A stretch of 64,000 bases of DNA from Antedon mediterranea (Eukaryota; Animalia; Echinodermata): the NCBI RefSeq assembly GCF_964355755.1, contig NC_092672.1, positions 8,866,001 through 8,930,000 of the forward strand, read 5' to 3'. The position numbers and the translations under genes are program-made. Of the stretch, positions 41,001-56,000 are shown piece after piece (position 1 is the first letter of the stretch; every line of letters starts with the position of its first letter). The notes under the pieces are model-generated. The model did no database searches. It was not told the origin of the DNA and was given only the letters and a program-made list of their open reading frames with translations.

Positions 41001-44000
41001 GAATTTAAACAGCTAAAAGAGAAAAATGTTAACTTTTAACTCTTTCTTTCACTATGTTTTATTATTCATTTATCTGAATTCAATATTTATTATTAAATTA
41101 CTTACAATTTATTTTGAGGAATGTATCTTTAATATCTTGCATTAATCCAAAGTTAATGTTTTTTTGTTGTAAAATAAGAGTCTGTACTAGTATGAGAAAA
41201 CCAAGAAAATAAGGTATTAAGCTAAATCCTTATTTTTTTCATGAAACCATTTAACGCTGTCAAATGGTTTCAGGTATGGAAAATTATAATTTGCACTTTT
41301 GTTAACGGGAAGCAGTAACGAGCCTTATCATTAGTAAATACTTAATGATAAGTTAAATAGGTCGTGATACTTGATGTCCGCGGTATAGCGTAGAACATAA
41401 CAGGGTCATCGTCACCTTTACGATTGTGGTAACTGTAATATTTCATCTTGAAGAAACAAAACAAAAATACGAGATCTCACCATAATGTGTCAAGTCTCAA
41501 GGTTAAATGGAGATTAACTTAAAATTTATAATTTTATTTAATCAGGGAATTGAAGAGTGAATTTCAATCATTTGATTCATTTAAAATTCAGAAATTTAGA
41601 AGATTTATATATACTTTACCATAGGCCTATGGTAAATTATAATTAATTTTCTTTTAACACTGTATTTATACTTTAAATATAATACAGTGACAAGCAGAAT
41701 TCCAGCACAAAAGTTTACTTAATTAATACATCTACCATTTCCTATAAATAAAAAAAAAATGCTATAGATCTCAATTAAATTGAGGACTCATACACATGTA
41801 TAGCAAATTAAACCAAGATATTTGAAAACAATTTTAATAGATTAATATCAAAGCATAAAAATCCTTTAGTAAAAATGGTAACAAATAAACTGAAAAAAAT
41901 ATATAAAAAAGATATTGACTATAATATTTTTTTTAGAAGTTTACGTAAGCATTCAGTCATGTTATATATCATTCATGTTCTTACTGTCAACATTTTAATA
42001 AGAGATCTATTAATAGAAGCAATACTAAGAATTCCTTAACAATACATGCATAAAATGATATTATGCCTATTATAGAATGCGCTGTTGAGGATGAACAACT
42101 AATATTTGTACAAATAATTATTCACAACGACGACAAAACTTCCGCTATTTAAAATATTCCCCTTGGATGTATTATTCCTCAGAAGAAACAGTATGTAAAA
42201 CGTTTCAATTATAAATTTGCAAATTATGCAAGTTGCAAACAAATGAGAATATTAAGAATGACGTGGGAATAAAGGGGAAGAAAAAATGAAGGCGATGATA
42301 CGGGAATAGTTTAATTATCATTTACCTAGGGAGTGCTGTTGAGTACATTGAACTAATAAGGGTCCCCAGCATAAAGTTAAATTAGAGAAAGACAATTTTA
42401 CTGTTAAAGTGTATTATAAGAAATAATATTTATTAATAGAAAAGTATTGCTCCTCATAATGAGTTGCTAGCAATGAAAGCAGCAATTAAAAATATTACTC
42501 TATCTATTGAACCAACTGCTTTAGCGTCGAGGTCACATTAGAGGCTTAAGAGTGGGTGCTTGGCTATAATTACCGTAGGCTGAACAGAATTGCGCAACAA
42601 CATTTTAACTCGAAAAGAAAATACAAATTAATTTGTGTTGTTTAGGCCACTAAGAGAGGGTGTTGGCTAATTAAGCGGAGTAGAAAGACGCAATGAATAA
42701 AAGAAACGAACAACAAACTAATTAAGAAGATTTGAGTTGTGTAGGCCTCAAGAGTGGGCATGGGCTAATTAAGGCAAGATAGGTAAAAAGCCTTAAACAA
42801 GGTTCAACTTAAAATGGAAAATTTCGCAAAAATTTGTTGTCACATGCTTAAAGGTAAATTGTGGGCTAATTAAGCTGAAATGCCTTGATAATGATAAACG
42901 ATTAATCACAGCAGCGTATCTCAAATGGTCACGACGCCCCACTTGTTAAATATATAAAGTGTTTTTTTTTAAACATATGGACAAAGATAGCAACATTATT
43001 TAATTTGAAAAAGATTTTTGTTACATATCAGATCGTGTATCTGCCTTTATTTAGATCCGATTTTATATAATATTGGTGGCCATTTTGTTGAAAGGGCTTA
43101 TAGTGATCAGACAGGGATTAATTAGGATATCTGGCTATGTTGACTGCCTTTAACATTCCACTCACGCTAACTCATTTTTTCCAGATTTTTTCTCTAGACT
43201 ATACAGTATACATATTCTTCCCATTCAACTCGCAAACATTCATTATAGAGGGTATAGAAATAGTGTTTATATCAACTACAGCTGAGCTAATCTGCATTGC
43301 CAATCTATAATTATCATCAAGGACTCTACAATTTCTTGAACTTTTTACAGCTGGAAAACAATGCTAATATAAAGAGAGGATGACATTTAGCTGTGAAAGA
43401 GTTAATTGAAGTTAATTATAACTCGTTAGTAATCAAGATTCGTTTGTATATGTGAGTCACGCTTGGTTGATTTCGAATTGTACGTTCTAAAGAGATAGTG
43501 GGAGGTGGAGTTGCTGTATGACTGAACATCATCTTTCTAAAAACGTTTCTGCATTAATATTAACAATAAAGTAAAACAAAAAAACACTGACACATATATT
43601 GTAACATCACCCTCACACAATGCAACTCCCTAGCCCCATTTTTCCGTAACGAAAAACAATTCTGTTTTCTGACATCTTAAAATTGTAAATATAGTAGAAA
43701 CCCTATGAAGGAAACACCTCTTAGATCCAATAAAAGTGTTCTCTAAATATGAATGTCCATATTGTTAAACCAGGGAACTGAGTGAAATATAGGGAAGTGT
43801 AAATTCACTATTCCTTAGTAAAACCCCTTTTTAAAGATTTTTTTCCCATGTTTGATTCACAGGAAAGTTTGTTCCCTGAATAGGGAAGTTAATAAAAAAC
43901 AAGGGTTTTTCCTGTAGTCACTTAAAATGCCCAAAATAATGTTATAAAAAAAACATATGTTACCAATGATCGGTCTTCACCCATAGACAGCAATCTTGGT

Positions 44001-47000
44001 ACGTCTGAATCAAGGGCAACGCCAAATGTTAGGCCACGAATTGGTTTGTAATGGGAACGGTGTTTTCCGAGATATACCCATGCCTCGTCTGGGTTTCCTG
44101 GTTGTGCCTTGTACACTGTCACACAAAAGTTGGCATCCTGACATGAAAAATAATTTAAATCAAAATGGTAGGTTTGTTTGTAAATACCGGGGCAATTGTC
44201 ACTAGAATATCTGGCAGGCTCATGGAGAGAATGAAAATTAGACGTGATAGCTGCATTAGTGCCATGTTTTTGCTATTGTTCACTAAATATTAACAACCAA
44301 TGACAATGGCAACAATATATAATAGGTTTCAGAAAGTGTCAGGACAAAGAATTGGCCATTAGACATACAGTGATGCATAAAATCTAGATATCATTCATAG
44401 TACACCAAGTGTGGTATACTGTAGGCCTAGTAAATTGATTAATTTAAATTTCCTATCAGACCTCTGTTTAATGTTGGGATTACAAATAAAAAATGTCAGA
44501 TTTTCCACAAAAAAAAACAATACATTTTTGGAGAGACAGGGATTTGCGTTTCTAGTAACTTTTGGGAAAATCTGAACCTCTGAATGATGATTTAGTTATG
44601 GATGATAATAACACAGCAAGACCTACCGCTGTAGCCATCCAGGCCGAATCATGTGAAAAGACACAGGTTATAATAGCATCCGAGGAGTATGTGAATGGTT
44701 TGGGAATATCATCTTTAAGGGTTAGACTGTCTAATACACGAATACATCCATTTGTGAAGCCAACACCTTAAAAATCAATAAAGAAGTTAGATAGATAGTT
44801 TTATAACTGGCATTGGCGGTTGTGTTCGCTTGTGACAGAATACATGGTCCTCGGGGTATTGGGGTCAAAGTTTAGCTCTATCAGAATTTTCTCATGGTCA
44901 GAACAATTGCTCATTATGTAATGGTTTAATCCACAATCCAACATTCATCAGCATTCGTGCAAATTAATATTTTAGGTTGTGATTGTGGAAGATGTTCTTG
45001 CTAATTTTCTTGAATTTTTTCTTTGTTTTGTATTTTTGTTATATGGATGTACTATCCTAAATAAAAGAAACGAATGAATGAAAGCTGAAATGAGAGTAGA
45101 TGAAAGTAATAGTCAATGACTATACACATTACAACACACACCCTTACTGTACTTAATACTAAAAATGCTAATGAATTCTTTCCTTTTCTAACCCCCGGTT
45201 TAAGTTAAGATGCTATTAATTGATCTTAGCTAGGTAATTATGCAAAATTCTAGGCTATTTTTTGTCAGTTATTGGAAAACACTTACTGGGCCTAACTGAT
45301 ATTAGACTGAATTCAAAACTGGTATACTTAAAAACACTAATGCATTCACGAATGAGTAGCATATCACCTTCCAAATTCAAGATCAGCCAAGATAGTGTTT
45401 GAAGTGCTGACCTTACAATCCCAAGCCCTCGGGGCCATTTCCATTAACAGCTATCTAAAATCTATCATGGCCACCGAAATGGCCATCGTGATGTTAAAAT
45501 TAAGAAATCAAAATCCATACTAGGTGCCATGGGCCCGGAAACTCTAACTAGATTCACTGGCTGAATTAAAAAATTGCTTCGTGTTATTTTGGTAACGAAA
45601 TCTTGAATAAATTAACAGTGGTAAAAGGACATAGTATTTGGAGATTAACTATTAATCATCAATATCAATGATTTTATTAAAGAGGCCATTTTAATCAGGA
45701 AGTTGTAAAATATTAATTGTTTTACAAATCCATGTTTTAATATTGGATAATACTTATTCACTTTTACCAAAAATTGGATTGAAAAAAGTCTACATGGCCC
45801 AATTTCTATTTTGCACCACACAATATTTTTGCCGCATCTTCTAGATGTTGTAAACTTGGTTATTAAACCAAACAGCAGCTTAATTATCAACAGCAGTCAT
45901 CTATTTCTTACTACAATCAAATTATATTTGTTATAATCGCACTTACACCTTTTCATCAACCTATTCAACCATAAACGCTATTAAAAGTACATTCAGTGAC
46001 CTATACATCTACCCACACACCCATCCATCATCATGATCGGTTATTGAGAAAAAAAGAAAGAAAATCAGCACTAAAATAAAGTAAGTAAAGAAGAAGCTTT
46101 TATTAAGAACATTTTTGTTAAGTTTATGGTTTATCTATTTTTAAATTAACTTTTATTAAAAAATAATTAGTTTAATTTAAAAATTATATTGGTACTAAAT
46201 TACAATGTAAGAGGAATACTGTAACTTATATATTCTGTTCTTTAATGAAATCATGTATACTTTTATTTCCTGGGACTCAGTCATACAGGCCTCGGTTATA
46301 CTGTAATGTTTTTTTTCCAAAAATGTCACTAGTATTCAGATTGTATTAGACATGTCATTTACCTTCGCCAAGGAGGTATATGTAATCGGTAGCGTGTGTT
46401 TGTTTGTTTGTTTGTTAGCAGGATTACTCAAAAAGTAATTACAAGATCTTTACCAAAATGAATATACAGATAGATATGTGGTCAAGGACCATTCCATTAA
46501 ATTTTGGGACCATTGTCCCAATTCTGGACCCTTTTTAGTATACTTTTCAGACCTGCTAGTGTTAAAAGATAGGACATAATTTTTCAAAAGCCGGCGAGCA
46601 GTCTTAAAGTAACAAGTATACTGAAATTGCATTTTCTCGAGAACTACTTGTCCAAAAAACTTCATGAGGTGTTCCTTCCCTTTACCAATTTTGCTGATTT
46701 CTGACCATCATTTTAGGGATTAAGGTCTAGGACTGTTAATTGCATTTTAATTGGATTACAATAATAGCTTGTTTAGATTAGGAAGTTTATTGCTTAAGCA
46801 AGGTCAGCTAGTGCTCTCTGCCAAGTAAGCTGGAACTACTTTCTAAATTCATTAGCTCTGGTGTTATGTTTGTATTATAGGATTTCTTTTTCTACTATAA
46901 TAATATGTGCTTTATTATAAAGATGTACAGTATTGTCACCCAAAAACATGAACAATGAATATTTTATTTATTTTTTAAATACGCAATTTTGCAGATGCAA

Positions 47001-50000
47001 AAAAATGTTTTCTCTTTAATAAAAAGGTAAATTCAATCAAAAACCATTGACTTTCAGTCAATTTGATTTTTTTTTTCTATTTAAAATTGTTTTTTTTTTA
47101 TCCAATTTTTGGTCAAAGTAAATATCTTATGGGACTACATACACCTCCTTGGCAGAGATAAAATATTGTCTTGAAAAAGTGAATAAAATATTGAATATGT
47201 TATTGTCATTTATAGGTATTTCAACTCCTAATTAAAACATTTTTCTACCAATTGCAATTTTCTACCCAATGGAAACATTGTACTATCCATTTTAGCTTTC
47301 ATGCTAGCCAAATCAGGGGCGTTTCGGCCTATGGACGATTCGTCCCGAGACGTTTCGGCCCACTTTTTTTATGTCGAAACGTCAAACTTTTATAATTTTA
47401 AGCAGAACAAAATTGTATGTATAAAATTTTATTGTCGATGACAAAACTGAGTTTTATATTGTTTATATCCAGACGTAATTAAAATTATAAATTTAATTGC
47501 CACCGAGCGAAATTGTAGTGTAGACCCTAACTAATCCGTCCAAGCTACGCCCGCCTCACTCATCGGCCATCCATGGTCCGCCGTCTCTCGATCGACTCAT
47601 CTATATATCGCGAGAAGCATGATGTTGGTCTCAATTTATAGTGGGCTGATTATTAGTTTGAAAACAGCTTAGGGCATTTCTTAAGTGATTTTTTATTCAA
47701 CGCATTCTTCCTTGATGAATCCTTTGCCCATTGCTAGGCTGTGTAAATCAGTAATCAAAGTTGTGATGCGAAAAGTGTGTGTAATTATTCCACAGGTAAA
47801 ACAAATAGGCATAAGAAATCAATCGCACAGGACCTCGTGGTGTGCCGAGGAGAGACTTTCTTCTCGAGCGGAAGATCATCGTAAACAAAATTGGTAGAGT
47901 CCATTAAGTATGGGGTTGTTTACTATTTACGAACATATTAAACACGCGCTTCGACCACTGTGTACTTAGGCAAAATATTGATTTTGTTAAATCCCTAAAT
48001 TGATAATTGCGTATTCTGTAATCACGTGACTGATGATGTAATTCTCAGCGACCTACTAAATGCACATGATTTAATGTGTTGGGAAAAAGCTTGCTGTTTA
48101 TAATGCACATCGTTAACATCTATGCTGCCACATGATTCACGGTGCTATTCGCGTTTCTTGGCGTAAATTGGCTGGCGCGTCAATGAAACAATTGATTTTA
48201 CCAAATTGGTTCCTATTACTATTTAGCCGTTGTCGACATAGCGATCGGCGGCTAAGCTAAACTTACACTAGCAAACATTTGCTAGTTTTGACATTTTCAA
48301 CTACCAATTATCAAGAATCTACTACCAAAATGCTAGTTTGCTAGCGTGAATTTCGAGCCCTGTTATATATAAAATTAATACGCCATTCAATCAAGTAAAC
48401 CATCTACATGCTCTCGACCACGTGTGCAGCGGCCACAAAAATATTGTATTTTCTCTTAGCAGCCGCGCGACTCGGTCACTTAATTACGCACAAGAAAAAT
48501 AGTTCGGAAATTTTATTACATCAAAATAAATTAAATCGTTTTTTCTCAATAATTAATATAATCATAATATTGACATTATAATATAACAATATTTACTGCA
48601 AAATAACGTGATTTAAGTGTTACAAATAGATATACTAAAACAGCATTACGTCTTATGTAGGCCTAGTGCATGCATCATCGAGGAATTACTATCACTACGC
48701 TCATTGACATGATTGAAAATGTATTTTAACTTTCTTCTAGCTCCACGTAAACTTAACCGATTTTCACGATTCGAACATGTAAAAACAATATTTTTTTATA
48801 ATGAATACAACTGTATGAATAATTTTATTTTTTTCTTTACGGAAACATTTATTTTATTTCGTTTGCTATATACACTGTATCTGTTTATCTTGCACTGTCA
48901 GACCACAAGCTGTGATTTATTGCAACTGGCTCTCGTAAATCGCAGCTCTTTACTTTGATACCAAGGTTAGTTGTCACTTAGGCCTAGTGAAAATTGAGGT
49001 TGGCCGACCCGCTATAGCTTTATATATGACGGGTTAGCTGGTAAAGGGAAGGAACACGGCATGTCATTTTTGTACAAGAGGCAAGAGTTATAATTTGTGA
49101 TTTGTAATTTTAAAACATAATTTGATTTAATGTTCACGTTTTTTGATGCCAGTAGTTTAAAAAACCTATTTTCTTTTCAAATTCACTCGTTTGATTTTCG
49201 CGTTGCCGCTGTTCTATTGTTAGTCAACTGAAGCCATTGTTAATTGAAAGGCTTGTTACATAACCATTACACCAAACTCGCATACACATGCTTGTAGTGA
49301 AATTAGCCTAAATCACAAACAGCATTAAGACACACACAAATATATATATATATTTTTTTTTTTTACCGGAGAAATCTTATGTAGGAGAATTTTACAGTAG
49401 GCGGAGGTATGCACTCTCGGAGTGGCTTTCTAGTTTTAAAATGTTTTGGTTTTTTCAAAGTACAAGGACAAACAATACAATGATATACCCTCCTGTAATT
49501 GGTGAATTTCTTTTGCTCTTGGTTGGGTTTGGAAATAAAATAAAATGAACGTTTCGGTGATGCATGTACAGTTTTAGAAAAGCAATAGAACCATTCTATA
49601 GCGACATTATCATAGTATAACTACTCTAAACGGCATGTGATATGAAATTAACCAATCAGAAAATAAGGATATAATATTCATTATTAATCATTAGGAAATA
49701 TATACCAGGAAGAGTTTCAAATGTAGTTTAAAAACCTTCCCAGTAGAATCCTGGTAATTTTTATACCTTATGTGGATGGATGTGTGCAGTAGCAAAAATG
49801 TGTATAGTGAACATACATCCAATGCTCTCTATAATAAGATGTGGAAATTGTAAATTGATGGCAGATTTAGTGTTAAAAAATAAAGCCATTTCATTCCAAA
49901 GTTTATGTTTGTGCACCTGTTGATTGTCCTATTGATGGGAAGCAACATTTGGCATTTAAAATATAGATTTCACAATCTAAGAAATGCGAGTTAAATGAAT

Positions 50001-53000
50001 GCATACATCGTATGCACTGCAAAATTACCGCCAATGACTAGTGTAGGAAATGCTCCATCTTTACAGAATATGAGTATTGATTGATTATGTGGCTATAATT
50101 AGACATACCTAAATATTCTCCTTTAGGATCGTAAGCTAAGCATCGGATCATGTGACCACGGGGAAACTGCCTAGAAATGACCAATGATCTAAAGAGAGAA
50201 GAAAGGAATTCAAAGTTTGCACACCTTATGCCGATAATAATGAAGTCGTTTAACAAAGTTGTATGCATTGAACAATATAATGAAACTCAACTGACTAGCA
50301 TGAGTTATCTTCTATCTTAATCTAATACATAAAGGCTGATCGCACTCGTGCCGTTTGAAATGCACACATTTTAATTCCCACAAAGTCAATGTTAAAAAAT
50401 GTCTTGATAAATCCAAAATCAACAATTCTCCCTAATGTTTACACAAATTAAGTAACAGAGAGGTTAACGACATATGCCCAATGGACAGGTATCAGCAAGC
50501 TTTTTATACTACTGTCTAAAACAAGAAAATTATCTTACTTTGTTTTATAATTCCAGACCTTTAACAGGCATGAGTAGCTACCAATTGCTAATAATGGTCT
50601 TTAAGAAAAATTAAAAAACACAAATTAATTCATACGAAACCACTACAGAGTGAAATACCATTCTCATTTAAAACAAATTTATATACAGTAAATGTAACAA
50701 AGTAGTTCCACATTTAGTGCACACACATCAACCTAAAGTTAGCATTTAAACTCACTGTATTGGATGGGTCACTATAGCATGGACCAGAGAATCATGTTCA
50801 GATTGAATCATCTGCAAAATAAATTTTAAATGAATGAAAGCTGTTTACAAAAAAAATAGGATAACAAGGTTAATATACAAATGGCATTGGTTTCAGATCA
50901 CAGTTGGTAAAGTAAAAAAAAAACCAAAGAAATACAGTACTTACTTTATATTTTTTAATGTATGTAGGAAAGAGAAAGTTTTGTAAGCGAAGTGTTGAAC
51001 ATCTAGGAATATGTTGTGTTAATTAAATGAGCCTGATGCTGGAAGATGGTTCCAATCTTTCAGTAGTTCACTGATCATGGACCTTATATGTCCATGCTGG
51101 GAGAGGAAAGAGGAAGAGTATACTGTCTCTAGAAACAGATCTTGTGTTGTTAAAATGAGCCTTGTGCTGGAAGATGGTTCCAAATTTTCACTATCTCACC
51201 AGTGATAGAGTGGTGGAAACAGGCTTCTTTTATTCACTAACCCACAAGGCACTAATACGGTGAAGTTGGCTGGATCAGTTATCACTAGACTTACCTTTAC
51301 TTTAGTGCCATCAGCTATGATCACTGCAATCTGTGCTGAAGTTGTACTTATTACATAGTTCTTTGTAATGAAGCTTCTTGCATTAATAGTTGCATCAGGA
51401 GGATAGCTACCACTTTCCAGCTCACTGTGAAGGAATGATATTATTATGAGATCGGCTATAAGCTCTCCCGGGCCGCAAACGACCGTGGGAGGAACCTGCC
51501 GATCGGCATTCTGGTGGACTACCGGCCGGTCGTCAGCTCTACGCACGCAAGAAGTGCACGCGACGGAGGCACGAGCCGTCACTCGGCCGGTCCTTGCGGA
51601 TCCTGCAGAGAGACGGACGTGCTCCCGAACGCGCTGAATCTTTCGTGCCACATTGCGGGCCCACCCGTTTGCTTCTTAGCGGTTTCACGTACTTTTTAAC
51701 TCTTTTTAAAATCTTATTATTATTCACGAGTCATGTGATGTATGAATAATAGAATGTGGTGCTAAATTTAGGATGGTGACTACTGTAATAATACTGACAA
51801 TTGTTATCAAGATTTATATAGGAATACCACCATTTTTATGTAAAGGGTTTGATTCAGAAGGTGTATTGCTAAATGTAAGCAATCTGTTAGGGCGAAAGTC
51901 AAGTCTACAACAACATACAAGGAAATCTTACACCTAGATAGTGACATTTCCAGTACTCCTGTTAGTGTAGCACAGCCAGGATTTGAACCAAGGAGATTGA
52001 AATGGTAAGCAAGTATGTTAAACAAACAGTGCCACTATGATTTAATATTTTCATTCGTTCTTAAGCTCTGTCATTATCTGTCACTATTAAACTAGTTTGA
52101 CAAAAAAATGTGTGCAAATATGGTATGAGTGATATGCCCAAATATGGCAGTGATATGGCATCATCATCCATTCATGCTGGAAACCAAGGTTCAGTACAAT
52201 TTCTGTTATGATGCAGCCAAATGCTATGTGCAGAATTACCAAGAATATGTCAATGTTTAATGCATTGAGGTTATATTGGAGATTTGAAGAAACCGAACAC
52301 ACTGGGAAAAGTTATATTTTAATTAAAGTTTCTTAAAGATTTTGCTTCCCGCTGGACGAAAACACAATGACGTAAGCTGCACAACACAAACAAATTGGCC
52401 AATGGCAAGCGAAAGTTTGAATAATCCATCTCTTGTGATTGGTCAAGTTACTGGCGTTGCGCTTTCGTCGTTGCATTCTAGTAGGAAACCAAGTAATAAT
52501 AAGTGAATTTGGGCACATCACATGTTTTTGTCACATAAAGTTTGATAGTGTAGACAGAGCCTTAGTAAAGTGAATCTGTAGGCCTACTTACTCTGGACTG
52601 AAATTTGGAACATATTCAAAAGATATTGAATTGATAGGGCCAACATTGAATTCATTGTACCAGTTGCTCACACGTAACTGTTGATCATAAAACTTGACAT
52701 GGCCATTTACGTCACCTGTTACAACATATCTAGAGAAAAGAAGAAATAAGATTCAAACCTATAATTATACTAAAGTAAGATTGCATCTGAGCATGTCAAA
52801 AGCAACCTGTGTTTGTGCACTGTAATGGCAAGTTCTAAAAGGTGTAATACTGTACACCAAAGGCTTATAAACAAAACAATTAGGAGAGAATAGGTAATTT
52901 TTGTGGGAGTGAGAATACTGTAGGCCCTTTCCGTGGAAGTGAGGAGGCTCTTCATGTGAATGCCAGAATAGTCTCTTTCAGTTTGAGTGAGAAGGCCAGT

Positions 53001-56000
53001 TATGCTTGCGTGAGAATAGATGGTTTAAGGTTAAGTGAGAATAGGTCCTTTACGTCTGAGGAGAATAGACCCTTTTATGTTTGAGTGAGAGCATAAGCCA
53101 TTTTTGTGTGGGTTTAAAAAAAATCTTCCACACCCCACTATACAATCCTGCCCATCATAATCATTATCCTTATAGTCACAATCACCACTAACAACCTCAT
53201 TTCATAAATCTATCTATATCATACTAGTATCATCAAATAATCATAATAAACTGTTAAACACGTTATACCCACTTTTCACTGGTGGTGAGTACTGTAATCC
53301 CTCTCTCTTGTAATCTGACCAGCTTGAAAGCTTTCTTGTTTGGAGATGGTTTTAAACTGATAGCTGATTTAAGATAAGATAATATCTTATTTATGTATGG
53401 TCTACTATATACAGTAATAGCAAGCTTCCTTTTGCGAGACGACCAAGGATCAACCTAGGTCAAGTTAATCAATGTGGTCGTCAGTTGTCGAAAATCAAAA
53501 GCTCCCTATTTATATTATTAAGTGCCATCTAAAAGAATCTTTCAAAGATGCGCGCGCTGCTCTTATGCATAAACAAGCTTATACATCTGCAGAAGAAAAA
53601 GGTAGACATTGCCATTTTGGTGTATTAATTTAACTGAGATGATCCTTCTGAAAATTGATCAAATGCTAAAGTTTGTGATTTGACTATTAAAGGCCAGGTG
53701 CGGGCAAAAAATTTCTATTGATCATACATTCCAATAAATATCGATGTATAGTTTCCCCTATGTTTCATAATTTTTAAGATTTTATTTGTGTTACACGAGC
53801 TTGTTGAAAATAAGCACTTTCTTATCAGTGGGGGGATAGTTCAAATTACACAGTAAAATCTCTATTCTTTTGTACACAAATTTTGTAAATAGAGAGGCAT
53901 TTTAAAAAGCTATGAAAAATAAACGGTGTGGTAAAAAATGTTATCAGATGACTAAATATAGGTAATATAACTTGAATATTACATTTCTGATATTTTTATT
54001 CAACATCAGATTTTTATTTTCATGCTATAGCAAAAATTATCCACCGTATATCCACCATCTTTTTTCACCGTCTAGGGAGTCACCAGAAATGTTATTACAT
54101 TAGGTTAACTACCTAACTACTGAAAAAAAGTATTCCTGGTTTTTATGGAAGAATTTTGCCAAATTTTGTATTTGACCATATTAAGGGAAATTCATTTTTT
54201 TCGTCTGGATTTCTGTTACAAATATTTGATTTATGTACAATTAACCAAATATTATATTTAAAATTCATGCCTGTATCTGAGCTTTAAGATCAGACAACTT
54301 AACACAGTATTCTGGTGTACATGAGTCGCAGTAGATCCTGTTTCAAGCATGTCAAGTAGACATTTACTGGACCTAGCCATTTTAACCTAACTACAGTGTA
54401 ATACAGTTAAGGTTGAAAAGATGATGGTTTCTCATTGAGACAAGCCAGTATCTCATTTAACTTTAAAGGGGTCTTTTTTTTTCATGTGTAATAAATTACC
54501 ATTCCTATAAACAGTATCATAGTGTCTACATGAACATTCTAGAATAAGATGTTTTGATTTAAGAAACCATGTATAATTAATAAGAACAATCAGGAACATT
54601 CCAGAAATGCTATTAATAGAAACTGTAATCCCATAGAATAAGAACTATAAAAAAAGATCTAGAATGATAGGAACATCTTGTATATAAAGAAATGTAAAAC
54701 TATTGTAAGGTTGTTGGATATTCGATTGTAAAAGTTATTGTGAAGCTGTTGTTTAAAGTGGTTACTGGATTGTTCAAAGCTGAAGTTGATTGAAATTCAA
54801 GCTTTTTTTGAGTTATTTTACAACTTTGTGGATTTTCTGTGTATACTTTTATGTCAGAAGGGAGTTCCTAAAGTATTTTCAACCGCTCGGAAACATACTG
54901 TACGTAAAGAGAGTTTGTGACACATGTTACCGTATATATGTTTACACTTTCATGTATCTTGTATCTTATCCTGTATTAGCCTATGGTAAGGAATATATCG
55001 TGATAGTAAGACATCCAACTTACGTCCAGATATAGGTCTGTTGTTATCCCATACAACGACGTTGCCAACAGACGTGGCTGTCAAAGCTCCTGTGGTGCCA
55101 CTGCGAAAGATTGACTGGCTATAGTTACCAACTACTCTGTTGAAATCTTCATCTGTCAAAGGTGGTGCCACATACTCGAATTTATCATTTTCCTATAAAT
55201 AAAACAAGAGATTTACTTATTTTCTGTCATTGAACCACCAACAATATTTTAAAATTCATTTTGATACCAGAAAGACATTTTACTGGCTTTATATTTTCAT
55301 TTCACTTATTTTTTTATTCTCACAGATTTCCTCATCTTTATTGTTTTTAAATTAATTCATTCATTTTTAGTATATCACTGGGTGATTTAGAAATTCTTCC
55401 GAATAATGTTTTTGGAAATATTTATCAAAATAAAATAAGAAAAACTCACCCATGCATAAAATACGACCTGACGGTCACTATTTGACACAAGTTGCGATGT
55501 GTCTTCTGGGTTAAAGGTTATGAAATTCTGTGTGCCGTAGCCTGGTGAAAGTTCTACTGAACTCACTGGACACTCTCCATCCGTTGTCCAGTCCCATATA
55601 TCAACAACCTTAAATGAAGGTGTATGTCATTATTTGAAAAAAACTAATGTAATAAATGTTATTAATTGCATACTGAAACGTACAATGTATTTTATTTATG
55701 AAAATTAATCAAGCTTACCTGATAAGACCCAGCGCTAACTGTTACTAAATATTTAGCATCAGGGGTCATTGCCATGGCAACAACACCTACATCGGAATGT
55801 GCAGTAAACAGCGTTTGTACTGGTACACTGGAATGACAAATTATAAAGTTATATATATATATATATATACAGTAGTACAAGAAAGACAAACGAAAACAAA
55901 ACTTAGTACTTTAGTATATTGATGCAAACTATTTCACACATGTGTGATTGGACGGCAGTTAAGATTCGTTTCAGACATAATATTTTAACTTTCCTTTTTT

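Noticed and set aside
51446-51727. Short ORFs or a hammerhead ribozyme in the GC-rich insert
   Set aside because: The ORFs reflect high GC content. A minus-strand CTGACGA is present, but I could not build stem II with a correctly placed GAAA.
53267-53272. Alternative donor TGG|GTATAA for CFAP251 coding exon 7
   Set aside because: It gives phase 0, whereas the next exon needs phase 2. AA|GTGGGT at 53272 keeps the frame.
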